Positions 34,680 to 43,489 of a DNA stretch of 64,000 nt are shown in pieces (within the stretch, counting starts at the first letter, position 1; each line of letters opens with the position of its first letter). The notes below the pieces were generated by a model. That model saw only the letters and a list, made by a program, of their open reading frames with translations. It did not search any database and was not told the origin of the DNA. The stretch spans positions 313,847-377,846 of the forward strand of contig CAVRZZ010000006.1 in NCBI GenBank assembly GCA_963725875.1. Reading direction: 5' to 3'. The translations under genes and the position numbers were made by a program. Source of the stretch: an uncultured Chloroflexia bacterium. GTDB taxonomy: Bacteria > Chloroflexota > Limnocylindria > Limnocylindrales > CSP1-4.

Positions 34680-35216
34680 GTGCCCGATCCGGTCGTGCCC
34701 CAGGTCCCGGACGCCGCCGTCCGGCGCGTCGTCGACGCTGCCGCGCGCAAGGGCGTGGAGCTGCGCATCGTCGTGCTCGAGGCGACGACCCACACGGCCG
34801 AGGACGCCGCGCGAGCGCTCGGCGTGGAGCTCGGCCAGATCGTGAAGTCGCTCGTGTTCGTCGTCCCCCGCGAGGATGCTGGCCACGAGCCGGTCATCTG
34901 CCTCGTGGCCGGCACAAACCGGGTCGACGTCGGGCACCTCGCGGCGGTCGTCGGGGAGCCCGGGATCCGCCGGGCCACCGCCCGCGAGGCCCGGGACCTC
35001 ACAGGCTTCTCGATCGGGGGCATCGCGCCGGTCGGCCACCCGCGGCCGGTCCGCGTCGTGATGGACCCCGACCTCGGCCTTTACGGAGAGGTGTGGGCCG
35101 CCGCCGGGACCGACCGGGCCGTCTTCCCCGTCACGCCGACAGCCCTCCGCGCCCTGACCAACGCGCTCGTGGCCCCGATCGCCGACGAGGCCTCGCGGCC
35201 CGGCACGTCCGCGTGA
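34680..35216 (+). CDS. YbaK/EbsC/ProX-family aminoacyl-tRNA deacylase
   Basis: THTAEDAA, QIVKSLVF, TGFSIGGIAPVGH, WAAAGT. Confidence 0.9.
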   Translation: MPDPVVPQVPDAAVRRVVDAAARKGVELRIVVLEATTHTAEDAARALGVELGQIVKSLVFVVPREDAGHEPVICLVAGTNRVDVGHLAAVVGEPGIRRATAREARDLTGFSIGGIAPVGHPRPVRVVMDPDLGLYGEVWAAAGTDRAVFPVTPTALRALTNALVAPIADEASRPGTSA

Positions 35217-35785
35217 CGGCCGACCCCCGCCAGGAGGTCGTGACCTACCCGGGCGGCATCCGGGCGCGCTACCGCTGGGCCGGCAGCGGGCGGGGTCCGG
35301 CCGTCTTCGCCCTGAGCGAGGCCGGCGGCGCGCTCCACGAGTACGGGGAGCTCGTCTCGCCGAGCTTCGAGCGCCTGTGCCGGGCCGAGCTGAGGGTCGA
35401 GAGCCCGGCCGGAACCTGGGCCGCCCGGCTCGCCTCGCCGATCTTCGACGCGCCGGCAGGCCTTGCCTGGGACACCGCGGGGCTCCTCGTGGTCGCCTAC
35501 GGGTTCCTGGCCTACGCGCTGGATTCGCGCTCCGGCGTGTTGCGCTGGTCACGGCGATCGGGCTCGCCGCTCGTGGCCGTCCTCGGCTCGTCGCGCCTCG
35601 AGCACGTCATCGTGCAGGCCGAGGTCGAGACGTTCGCCATCGAGGCAGATGGCGAGGTCCGCTGGCGGGTCGCCCACTCCGACGTGGTGGCCGCGGCGGA
35701 GCTCGTGGGCGGGAAGCTCGTCCTCGGCAGCTACGGCGGGCTCATGAGCGTGCTCGACCCCGGGACGGGCCGCCCGGCCACCTAG
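35213..35785 (+). CDS. Hypothetical protein with PQQ-like beta-propeller repeats
   Basis: ALDSRSGVLRW, ADGEVRW, LDPGTG; GTGA overlap at start. Confidence 0.65.
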   Translation: MTADPRQEVVTYPGGIRARYRWAGSGRGPAVFALSEAGGALHEYGELVSPSFERLCRAELRVESPAGTWAARLASPIFDAPAGLAWDTAGLLVVAYGFLAYALDSRSGVLRWSRRSGSPLVAVLGSSRLEHVIVQAEVETFAIEADGEVRWRVAHSDVVAAAELVGGKLVLGSYGGLMSVLDPGTGRPAT

Positions 35786-35893
35786 CGGAGCCGCCGCGGC
35801 TGCGCCCGGCCGTGCAGCCGACGCTCCCGGCCGCGTCGTGGACGAGGTGTGGACAACCGGCACCGGAACCGCAGATTCCGTGGACGACGGCCG

Positions 35894-35923
35894 TTGACCC
35901 GGCCACCCGGCGGCCGGTAGCGT
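35894..35923 (+). promoter_or_regulatory. Sigma70-type promoter upstream of candidate ncRNA
   Basis: TTGACC (35894-35899), 18 nt, TAGCGT (35918-35923). Confidence 0.6.
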
Positions 35924-35929
35924 TGACCT

Positions 35930-36008
35930 CGACCCGGAGGGGTCATGAGCTCGCTAATGGCGGAGGCTCCGGCCGAGGCCCACGCGACGCGGAGGTTCCT
36001 CCGGGTCG
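35930..36008 (+). ncRNA. Candidate structured small RNA, family not recognised
   Basis: Perfect 11-bp closing stem CGACCCGGAGG/CCTCCGGGTCG starting at the predicted TSS, with internal hairpins. Confidence 0.5.
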
Positions 36009-36039
36009 CTTGCTGCCCGGCGCGGTACCATCCCGGGCC

Positions 36040-36771
36040 GTGACCCCCTTCGTCGTGATCGCCGCGGGCCTCGCCGCGATCGCGGTCGGCACCCTCCTGC
36101 TACGGACCTACGGCCCGCGCGTGCGCGTCGGGCGCCTGCTCGCCGTCACGCCGGCCGTCGACATCGTCGAGGCCCGGTCCCTGGCCGCGCAGGGGCTCCG
36201 CCGCTACGTCCGCGTCGACGGGCGCCTGGACGCCGACGACGAGTTCCCCGACGAGAGCGCGCGGCCGCTCGTCTTCCGACGGCGGCGGGTCGAGGCGCGT
36301 CGCGGGAGGGACTGGCGCCTCCTCGACGAGCAGCGGGACGTGGTCCCCTTCCGGCTGCGCGAGGGCCTCGACGAGATCGACGTCGACGCGGATGCCCTCG
36401 ATGTCGGGCTGGTCACGCTCGTCCGGGAGTCAATCGGGACCGCCGGTGAAGCCGCCGCGGCGCTCCCGCCGGCGATGCTCGCCGGGCTGCCCGACGACGC
36501 CACCGTCCGCCTGCGCATCGAGCATCTGTCGTCGGTCGAGCACGCCACGGTCCTCGGGATGCCGGTGGCCTCGGGGGACGGCCGCGTGACGATGACCGCG
36601 GGCACCGGCCGGCCGCTGGTCGTCTCGACGCTGGAGCGCGACGAGGCGATGCGCGTCCTCGCGGAGGGGCGGCGAGCCCGCCCGCTGGCGGCCGCCGCGG
36701 CCCTCGGTGGAGGGCTGATGGCCCTCGCCGTCGGGTTCCTGTGGGCGCTCCTGGCGGGCGGACTCTCGTGA
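36040..36771 (+). CDS. Membrane protein (TM helices at both ends)
   Basis: TACCAT -10 box 8 nt before GTG 36040; coding-like ORF. Confidence 0.7.
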   Translation: MTPFVVIAAGLAAIAVGTLLLRTYGPRVRVGRLLAVTPAVDIVEARSLAAQGLRRYVRVDGRLDADDEFPDESARPLVFRRRRVEARRGRDWRLLDEQRDVVPFRLREGLDEIDVDADALDVGLVTLVRESIGTAGEAAAALPPAMLAGLPDDATVRLRIEHLSSVEHATVLGMPVASGDGRVTMTAGTGRPLVVSTLERDEAMRVLAEGRRARPLAAAAALGGGLMALAVGFLWALLAGGLS

Positions 36772-37088
36772 TGCCGAGCGAGAGAGCCGCGAGGCCGCGG
36801 CCGCGCAGGCGACGCGCCGGCGGCCTGGTCCGGGGTCGGGGTCGACGGGCCGCCGTCCGGGCCGGCATCACCGGGCTCCTCGTGCTCGCGGCGCTGGCGG
36901 CCACGGCGGCCGTGGCCGTGGCCGCGGATCCGACGGCATCACCCGGGAGCGGCGGCGACGTGCGCACGAACCCGGCTGCACCCGGCCTGGTGGGCGACCC
37001 ACTCTTCGCCATCCTGGGTGTCGCGGTGGTCGGCCTCGTCGCCCTGGCGGTCACGCTCGTCGCGGTGCGCCTGGCCGACCGCCGGTAG
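36771..37088 (+). CDS. Small membrane/secreted protein
   Basis: Basic N-terminus, two hydrophobic helices, GGDVRT..APGLVGDPL linker; overlaps upstream stop. Confidence 0.6.
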   Translation: MPSERAARPRPRRRRAGGLVRGRGRRAAVRAGITGLLVLAALAATAAVAVAADPTASPGSGGDVRTNPAAPGLVGDPLFAILGVAVVGLVALAVTLVAVRLADRR

Positions 37089-37201
37089 CGCGCGCTCCCG
37101 TTGTTCGCGGGCACGGCCGTGCATCGAGCAGCCCGACCAGATCCGGGACGTCGTGGCATTGAGCCGGGAGGCCCAAGGCCGACGGCGCGCGATCGCGCGC
37201 C

Positions 37202-38020
37202 CTATCGGCTCGCGGTGACCGCCCCGACCGCCGGGTATCGGGGACACTGCCCGTGCGCGGCCGTCAGGCAGTGGGATTCCTGGTGCTCCACGCTGATCGG
37301 CTCCGACGTCCCGGCGCGGGCCGTGCCGGTCCCGAACCGTCGGCGGGCCGCCCCCGGCGCGGCGCCCTGCTGCGAGGCCGCGTGGCACAGGTTCCGGGGG
37401 TCCGGGAAGTCGTACCTCGTCGAGGGATCGTCCTTGAACCCGAGAAACGGGCAGATGGTCCCGCTCGCGGGAGCCTCGGCTCCGGGAGCCGGCAACGCGC
37501 CCGCGGAAGCGGCGGCAGTGATGTCCGTTGCCGCAGTGGCGAGTGCCGCGGTGGCGAGCCCCTCGGCCATGACCGGGACGCCGGGGCCGGCCGGAACCGT
37601 GGCGAGTGCCGCGGTGGCGAGCCCCTCGGCCATGACCGGGACGCCGGGGCCGGCCGGGACGCCGGGGCCGACCGGGACGCCGGGGCCGACCGGAACCGCG
37701 CTCGGCGCCTGCCCGCCCCCGGAGCCCCTCCGCGCCCGGCAGCTGTAGCAGCGGCTCACCCTGCGGCGATTGAGCGAGCTACAGGTCGCGCAGATCCAGA
37801 ACTCCCCGGATCCGACGAGCGCGTTGATCTCGTCGAACTCGACGTCCGGGCTCTGCGTCCGCACGAACACTTCGTCGGACGGCCCATGAAGCCGCGCCCG
37901 ATGCCCGCGGACGGTGCGGTAGACGAGCCACAGGCCAGTCGGTCCCCAGAGGCACGCGAGGAACAGGGCGAACCCAACCTCCGGGCTCATCGCGGCAGAC
38001 CCGGTCGCGCTGCCTGCCAC
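37202..38020 (-). CDS. Membrane-anchored Cys-rich protein (RanBP2-like zinc ribbon plus C-terminal Cys/His domain)
   Basis: WICATCSSLN...CYSC; CPFLG..DDPSTRYDFPDPRNLCH...HQESHCL...H..CPRY. Confidence 0.65.
   Translation of the reverse strand: MAGSATGSAAMSPEVGFALFLACLWGPTGLWLVYRTVRGHRARLHGPSDEVFVRTQSPDVEFDEINALVGSGEFWICATCSSLNRRRVSRCYSCRARRGSGGGQAPSAVPVGPGVPVGPGVPAGPGVPVMAEGLATAALATVPAGPGVPVMAEGLATAALATAATDITAAASAGALPAPGAEAPASGTICPFLGFKDDPSTRYDFPDPRNLCHAASQQGAAPGAARRRFGTGTARAGTSEPISVEHQESHCLTAAHGQCPRYPAVGAVTASR
37536..37697. repeat. In-frame 63-bp tandem duplication followed by 18-bp repeats
   Basis: Near-identical units start at 37536 and 37599; CCGGGACGCCGGGGCCG units follow. Confidence 0.85.
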
Positions 38021-38357
38021 TCGCTGGACGTGCAGCGGCCCACTGGACGTGCGCCGGATCGATGAAGAATCGATGGCCCCCCTACTGCATGGAACGCTCG
38101 GACGTCAGCATACCCCCGCCGCCAGAACGCACCCCGGCCGCGTCACGGGCATGTCGCGGCCCGCCCGCGCGCACTCTCGCGGCCCGCCCGCGCGGCGGCC
38201 GTGGCCGGCCGTCCGCACCCGCTCCGCCGCCGGGCGTCCGCGTCCGCGACCCGGACCTTCGACCTATTGGCAAGAACTGTGAAGTAGCCGAGACTCCGCA
38301 CGTCGACTTCACCGATCCTCCATTCGGCGCCCGGCCGCGGCCACCCGCGAGGGTCCG

Positions 38358-41300
38358 ATGGAGGGCGCGAGACCGCCAGGGGATCCGGCCACGCAGCTCG
38401 CAGCCCGTCCGTCCGACGCGACGCTCACCGTCACGAAGGCGGCACGCCTCCTGGGCGTGCACCCGAACACGATCCGGGCCTGGAGCGACCAGGGGCGCCT
38501 GCGCTTCTACCGCATCAACGCGCGGGGCGACCGACGCTACCGCCTCGGCGACCTGCAGCGCTTCCTGGCGGCGGCCGAGCAGCCGACCCCACCGGCGCGC
38601 CGGGGCCGGGCCTCGGGACCGATCCCGCTGCGGCCGGTCCCGTCGATCGGCGCGGAGCTCGTGGAGCTCCGGTCACGGCCCTCGGAGCGGCCCTCGACGG
38701 TGGGCGACCCGTTCGGCGCGGCCGAGCCCGGGGCCTCGCTCGTCCGGGACCGCTTCGGCGACACCGAGCGCCCGGCCCTCGGTCACTCCCCGTTCGTCCC
38801 GCCCCTCTCGTCCCCGCTCGACGTCGAGCGTCGGCTGGTGGAGATCGACCTCCTCGGACGCCTGGCAGACCTGGTCGCGTCCGGGCGGAGCCTCGACGAG
38901 ATCGCGGGCACTGCCGTCGACCTCCTCCACGGCCGCGCCGGCCACGACCTCGCGGTCGTGCTCCAGCGGAGGGAGGGACGGCTCGCGCCGGTCGCCGCCC
39001 GCGGCGAGGGCGCCGATCGCCTCGGCTGGACCCAAGCGTCGGGGGGCCTGCCCGGTCGCGCGCTCACTGCCCCCGGCCCGGTCAGCGAGACGGACGGCGG
39101 GAGCGGCCACGACTGGCTGCAGTCCGGCCACCGCCTGCCGGCGCGGATCGCGGTCGGCATCCCTGGGCCGTCCGGCCAGCCCTGGGGCGTCCTGGTGACC
39201 GCCGACGAGATGCCGCCGGCCACGCTGGCCGAGCTCGAGACGTTCCTGGTCGCGGTGGCCCGCCAGCTCGGCGTCGCCGTGCATGCGAGCCGCCTCCTCC
39301 ACGAGACGGCGACGCAGCTGCACCGGGCCGAGGCGCTCCGGAGGATCGCGACCGACATCGGCAGCAAGCTCGACCTCGCGCAGATCCTCTCGGGCGTCGT
39401 CGATCACGCCCGCATCCTCTTCGGCGGTGACCGGGCGGCGGTCTTCCTGCGGCGCCCGGACGGCCGAGTCTCCGCGGAGGTGGCGCGCGGCCTGTCCGAG
39501 GGCTACCTGGCCACGGTCCGCGACTTCCCGGTCCCGTCGCTGTCGGCCGAGGCGGCTGCGGCCCGGCGCCCGCTGTTCGCCACGCACTACCGCGACGACC
39601 CCCGGGCGGTCGAGGTTCGCTCGGCCATCGTCCAGGAGGGCTTCGACACGATCTGCGCCGCCCCGCTGTACGACGGGGACGACCTCCTGGGGCTCCTGGT
39701 CGTCTACCACGATCGGCCCCACGCGTGGACCGACGAGGAGCTGGCGACGCTGGGCGGCTTCGCGGCCCAGGCGGCGACCGCGATCAAGAACGCCCAGAAC
39801 TACGAGCGGATGGCGCGCTGGGCCGCCCACCTCCAGTCGATCCAGCAGCTGGGCGCCCGCCTGGCGCGCCTGACCACCGAGAGCGAGATCGGCGCGGCCA
39901 TCGCGAACGAGCTCGACCAGCTGATCGAGTACCACAACGTCCGTGTCTACCGGGTCCGGGCCGACGGCTGGCTGGTGCCGGTGGCGATGCGCGGCCTCGT
40001 CGGCGAGTTCCACGACGAGACGCCCGACCAGCTGCGCATCCGGGTCGGCGAAGGGATCACCGGCTGGGTCGCCCAGCACCGCGTCCCCCAGAACCTGCCC
40101 GATGCGGCCCACGACCCGCGGGCCATGACGATCCCGGGGACGGACGACGACCTCGACGAGTCGATGCTGCTGGCGCCCCTGCTCTTCGAGGAGAACGTCC
40201 TCGGCGTGATCGTCCTCTCGAAGCTGGGGCTCCGCCAGTTCAGCGACGACGACCTGCGCCTGCTCGTGATCTACGCGAGCCTCGCTGCGCCGGCGATCGC
40301 CAACGCGGAGGCGACCGAGCGGCTCCGCCAGCAGTCGATCCGCCTCGAGCGGCGCCTCGCCGGCCAGCGCGCGCTCCTCGAGATCTCGGGGGCGATCCTG
40401 GGCACCCTGGACCTGCCCGGGATCCTGGACGAGGTCGCCGACCGCCTGGCGGGCATCGTGCGCTGGGACAACATCTCGATCGAGTGGCTGAACCCCGGCA
40501 CGGGCATGCTGACCCCGCTCATGGCGCGCGGCGTGCATGCCGACGAGTACATCAAGCCGTGGGAGCCGGGCGAGGAGGGGCTCGCGACGTGGGTCCTCGC
40601 CCATGGCGAGCCTCAGCTGGTTCCCGACGAGCTCCACGACCCCCGCATCCACCAGTTCGAAACGACCGGGGATGTCGAGGGCAGCCTCATCTGCGTCCCG
40701 CTCCACGGCCGCGACGGCGTCCGCGGCGTCCTCTCGATGGAGCGGCTGGGGGCCGACGAGCGGTTCGACGAGGACGACTTCGAGCTGGTCCAGCTCTTCG
40801 CCTCCCAGGTCTCGATCGCGATCCGCAACGCCGAGGCCTACCGCGAGAAGGAGATTGAGGCCGAGACCGACGACCTCACCGGCCTGCTCAACCAGGGCAC
40901 GTTCGCCGAGTGGCTGGCCCGGAGCGTCGCCAAGGGTGAGGAGTTCGGGCTCCTGATGCTCGACCTCGACGAGTTCAAGACGGTGAACGATCGCCTGGGG
41001 CACCAGGCGGGCGACGACCTGCTCCGCTCGGTCGCCCGGGCCATCCGCGGCGCCAGCCGAGAGTCCGACCTCGTCTTCCGCTACGGGGGCGACGAGTTCA
41101 CGGTCATCTGCACCGCCACCGGCGCCGTCGGGACGACCGCCCTGGCCGAGCGCATCCGGGCGTCGCTCCAGGCGATCGCCCTCGAGTGGGGCCAGCGCAG
41201 GGGGCAGGGCCGCGTCTCCGCGTCGATCGGCATCGCCACCTTCCCCCAGGACGGGCCGAGCGCCGACGAGGTGCTGCTGGCAGCCGACCGGGCCTGCTTC

Positions 41301-41459
41301 GTCGCGAAGCGCCGGGGCCACGCCCAGATCGCGACCGCCGAGGAGGGCCTCGCGCTCGCCGGCGAGCTGACCCTCCAGGAGCCGACGCCGTTCGACCCGC
41401 GCGAACCGCTCGACCCGGCTGCGGCTGCCGCCACGCTGTCCGGGATGCCGCCGGCCTGA
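38358..41459 (+). CDS. Diguanylate cyclase with N-terminal MerR/excisionase-like HTH and four GAF domains
   Basis: LTVTKAARLLGVHPNTIRAWSDQGRL...RGDRRY; GAF motifs; TDDLTGLLN, DLDEFKTVND.LGHQAGD, RESD I-site, RYGGDEF. Confidence 0.9.
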   Translation: MEGARPPGDPATQLAARPSDATLTVTKAARLLGVHPNTIRAWSDQGRLRFYRINARGDRRYRLGDLQRFLAAAEQPTPPARRGRASGPIPLRPVPSIGAELVELRSRPSERPSTVGDPFGAAEPGASLVRDRFGDTERPALGHSPFVPPLSSPLDVERRLVEIDLLGRLADLVASGRSLDEIAGTAVDLLHGRAGHDLAVVLQRREGRLAPVAARGEGADRLGWTQASGGLPGRALTAPGPVSETDGGSGHDWLQSGHRLPARIAVGIPGPSGQPWGVLVTADEMPPATLAELETFLVAVARQLGVAVHASRLLHETATQLHRAEALRRIATDIGSKLDLAQILSGVVDHARILFGGDRAAVFLRRPDGRVSAEVARGLSEGYLATVRDFPVPSLSAEAAAARRPLFATHYRDDPRAVEVRSAIVQEGFDTICAAPLYDGDDLLGLLVVYHDRPHAWTDEELATLGGFAAQAATAIKNAQNYERMARWAAHLQSIQQLGARLARLTTESEIGAAIANELDQLIEYHNVRVYRVRADGWLVPVAMRGLVGEFHDETPDQLRIRVGEGITGWVAQHRVPQNLPDAAHDPRAMTIPGTDDDLDESMLLAPLLFEENVLGVIVLSKLGLRQFSDDDLRLLVIYASLAAPAIANAEATERLRQQSIRLERRLAGQRALLEISGAILGTLDLPGILDEVADRLAGIVRWDNISIEWLNPGTGMLTPLMARGVHADEYIKPWEPGEEGLATWVLAHGEPQLVPDELHDPRIHQFETTGDVEGSLICVPLHGRDGVRGVLSMERLGADERFDEDDFELVQLFASQVSIAIRNAEAYREKEIEAETDDLTGLLNQGTFAEWLARSVAKGEEFGLLMLDLDEFKTVNDRLGHQAGDDLLRSVARAIRGASRESDLVFRYGGDEFTVICTATGAVGTTALAERIRASLQAIALEWGQRRGQGRVSASIGIATFPQDGPSADEVLLAADRACFVAKRRGHAQIATAEEGLALAGELTLQEPTPFDPREPLDPAAAAATLSGMPPA

Positions 41460-41487
41460 TCCGTCGCAGATCCCTCGTGGATCCGTC

Positions 41488-42663
41488 GTGGATTCGGCGC
41501 CGTCGGGTACGCTCAGCGACGTGTTCCGCAGCCATCACCCCGGTCGACGCGTCGCCCGGCCGTGCGCCATGGTGGCCATCCTCGGCCTGGTCGTCGCCGC
41601 GTGCGCCGTTCCGCCCGGCGGCGACGGCCCCGGATCCGCCCCGATGTCGCCCACGCCCCCGCCAGCCTCGCCCGACGCCTCGCCCACGGCCTCGACGCCT
41701 TCGCGGCCGTTCCGCCCGACGCCCGCGCCCGGGCCGAGCTTCGCCACGCATGTCGTGCGGCCCGGGGACACCCTCATCGCCCTCGCTGAGCGCTTCGCGA
41801 CCACCCCCGAGAGCCTCGCCTACTGGAACCGTGCCCGCTATCCGTCCCTCGACCCGGAGTCGCCGGCCTACCGCCCGGAGCGAATCGAGGTCGGCTGGCA
41901 GCTGGACTACCTCCCCGGGGAGGTGGTCGACCCCGAGAACCTGCCGCCGGCGAGCGCGGCGCCGACCGGCGAGCCGGCGCCGGCCGAGCCCGTCGGCCCC
42001 TACCCGACGCTCCCGGCCGACGGGAGCGCGGCGCTGGTCCGCCGGGGGCCGGCCGGGCTCGATGCCGTCGCCGTCACCTTCGATTACGCGGGCGGCGCCG
42101 GCGCCGGCCCCGGCGGCGCGGAGGCGATCGTCCAGTGGCTCGCCGTGAACGGCGTGCCGGCCACGGTCTTCGTGGCCTCGTCCGCCGCGGCGCCGGACGA
42201 CACGGCGGCCGCGGCGGTGCTGACCCGCCTGCGCGGCAGCCCGGGAATCGAGACGGGCATGCTCGCCGCGACCGAGGGGTCGACGGCCCTCGCGGCGGAG
42301 CTGCAGGCGGCGGACGCGGCGCTCGCCCCGGGGCTCGGGGGGACGACGGCCCCGCTCCTGCGCCCGGCCCGCGGGACGGCGCCGGCCGCGGCGCTCCAGG
42401 CGGCCGGCCCTGCCGGCTGGACCTGGGCGATCGCGTGGGATGTCGACCCCGGCGACGGCGTGGAGCCGGCCGCGGGCGGCCCGATCGCGACCGACATCGT
42501 GGCCCGCGTCGTGTCGCGCGCGTTGGGCGGCTCCATCGTCCGCCTCCAGCTGGGCGGAGCGCGGACGATGGAGGCACTGCCGGGGATCATCGACGGCCTC
42601 GCGGCAGCCGGGCTGCGCGTGGCCCCCCTCGCCGAGCTGCTCGGGCTCGCCGCCGGGGAGTAG
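41488..42663 (+). CDS. LysM-domain lipoprotein with degenerate polysaccharide deacetylase (NodB) domain
   Basis: Lipobox VAAC; HVVRPGDTL..LAERF; VAVTFD, PATVFV, LRP, WDVDP.D, GSIVRLQ; start uncertain. Confidence 0.78.
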   Translation: MDSAPSGTLSDVFRSHHPGRRVARPCAMVAILGLVVAACAVPPGGDGPGSAPMSPTPPPASPDASPTASTPSRPFRPTPAPGPSFATHVVRPGDTLIALAERFATTPESLAYWNRARYPSLDPESPAYRPERIEVGWQLDYLPGEVVDPENLPPASAAPTGEPAPAEPVGPYPTLPADGSAALVRRGPAGLDAVAVTFDYAGGAGAGPGGAEAIVQWLAVNGVPATVFVASSAAAPDDTAAAAVLTRLRGSPGIETGMLAATEGSTALAAELQAADAALAPGLGGTTAPLLRPARGTAPAAALQAAGPAGWTWAIAWDVDPGDGVEPAAGGPIATDIVARVVSRALGGSIVRLQLGGARTMEALPGIIDGLAAAGLRVAPLAELLGLAAGE

Positions 42664-42709
42664 GCGGCCATCGCAGCCTCCGCCCGCCCTCGCGGCGCGG
42701 GCGCCGCGC

Positions 42710-43489
42710 CTACAGCCGGCCGGCCTCGACGATCCGGCGCAGGAACTGCTGCGTGCGCTCCTCGCGCGGCGCGCTGAAGATCCGGTCGGGCGGCCCCTCC
42801 TCCAGGATCCGGCCGGCGTCGAGGAAGCAGACCCGGCTCGCGATGTCGCGGGCGAAGCCCATCTCGTGGGTCGCGATGAGCATCGTCATGCCACCCGCGG
42901 CCAGCTCCCGGATGACGTTGAGGACCTCGGCGACGAGCTCAGGGTCGAGCGCGCTCGTCACCTCGTCGAGGAGCAGCAGGTCGGGCTCCATCGCCAGCGC
43001 CCGGACGATCGCGACCCGCTGCTGCTGGCCGCCCGAGAGCCGGTCGGGGAAGTCGAGGGCCTTCTCCTCCAGGCCGAAGCGCCGCAGGAGGGCCCGCCCC
43101 CGCTCCTCGGCGGCGGCCGGCTTCAGCTTCAGCGCCTTGCGCGGCCCGAGCGTCACGTTGTCGAGGACGCTCATGTGCGGGAACAGGTTGAAGGCCTGGA
43201 ACACGATCCCGATCCGCCGCCGGATCCGGTTGACGTCGACCTTCGGGGCAGTGATCTCCTGGCCGGCAACGACGATCCGGCCGGCGTCGATCGGCTCGAT
43301 GAGGTTGATGCAGCGCAGGAGCGTGGACTTGCCGCTCCCCGAGGCGCCGATCAGGCAGATGACCTCGTGCTCTGCGACGGTGAGGTCGATGCCGCGCAGC
43401 ACCTCGCTCTTCCCGAACGACTTGTGGAGGCCCTCGATGACGAGGGCCGACCCGTCCCCGGGGGCCGGCGCGGCCGGGTTCGCGCTCAT
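42710..43489 (-). CDS. Polar amino acid ABC transporter ATPase (GlnQ-like)
   Basis: GASGSGKST, VFQAFNLFPHM, LSGGQQQR, LDEVTSALDPE, THEMGFA. Confidence 0.95.
   Translation of the reverse strand: MSANPAAPAPGDGSALVIEGLHKSFGKSEVLRGIDLTVAEHEVICLIGASGSGKSTLLRCINLIEPIDAGRIVVAGQEITAPKVDVNRIRRRIGIVFQAFNLFPHMSVLDNVTLGPRKALKLKPAAAEERGRALLRRFGLEEKALDFPDRLSGGQQQRVAIVRALAMEPDLLLLDEVTSALDPELVAEVLNVIRELAAGGMTMLIATHEMGFARDIASRVCFLDAGRILEEGPPDRIFSAPREERTQQFLRRIVEAGRL

Noticed and set aside
35790-35930. Replication origin
   Set aside because: Only one good DnaA box, no AT-rich unwinding element and no dnaA/dnaN nearby.
35930-36008. tRNA, SAM-IV or ZTP riboswitch
   Set aside because: It lacks the T-loop and D-loop and the conserved cores of those riboswitches beyond a short GGTCATGAG resemblance.
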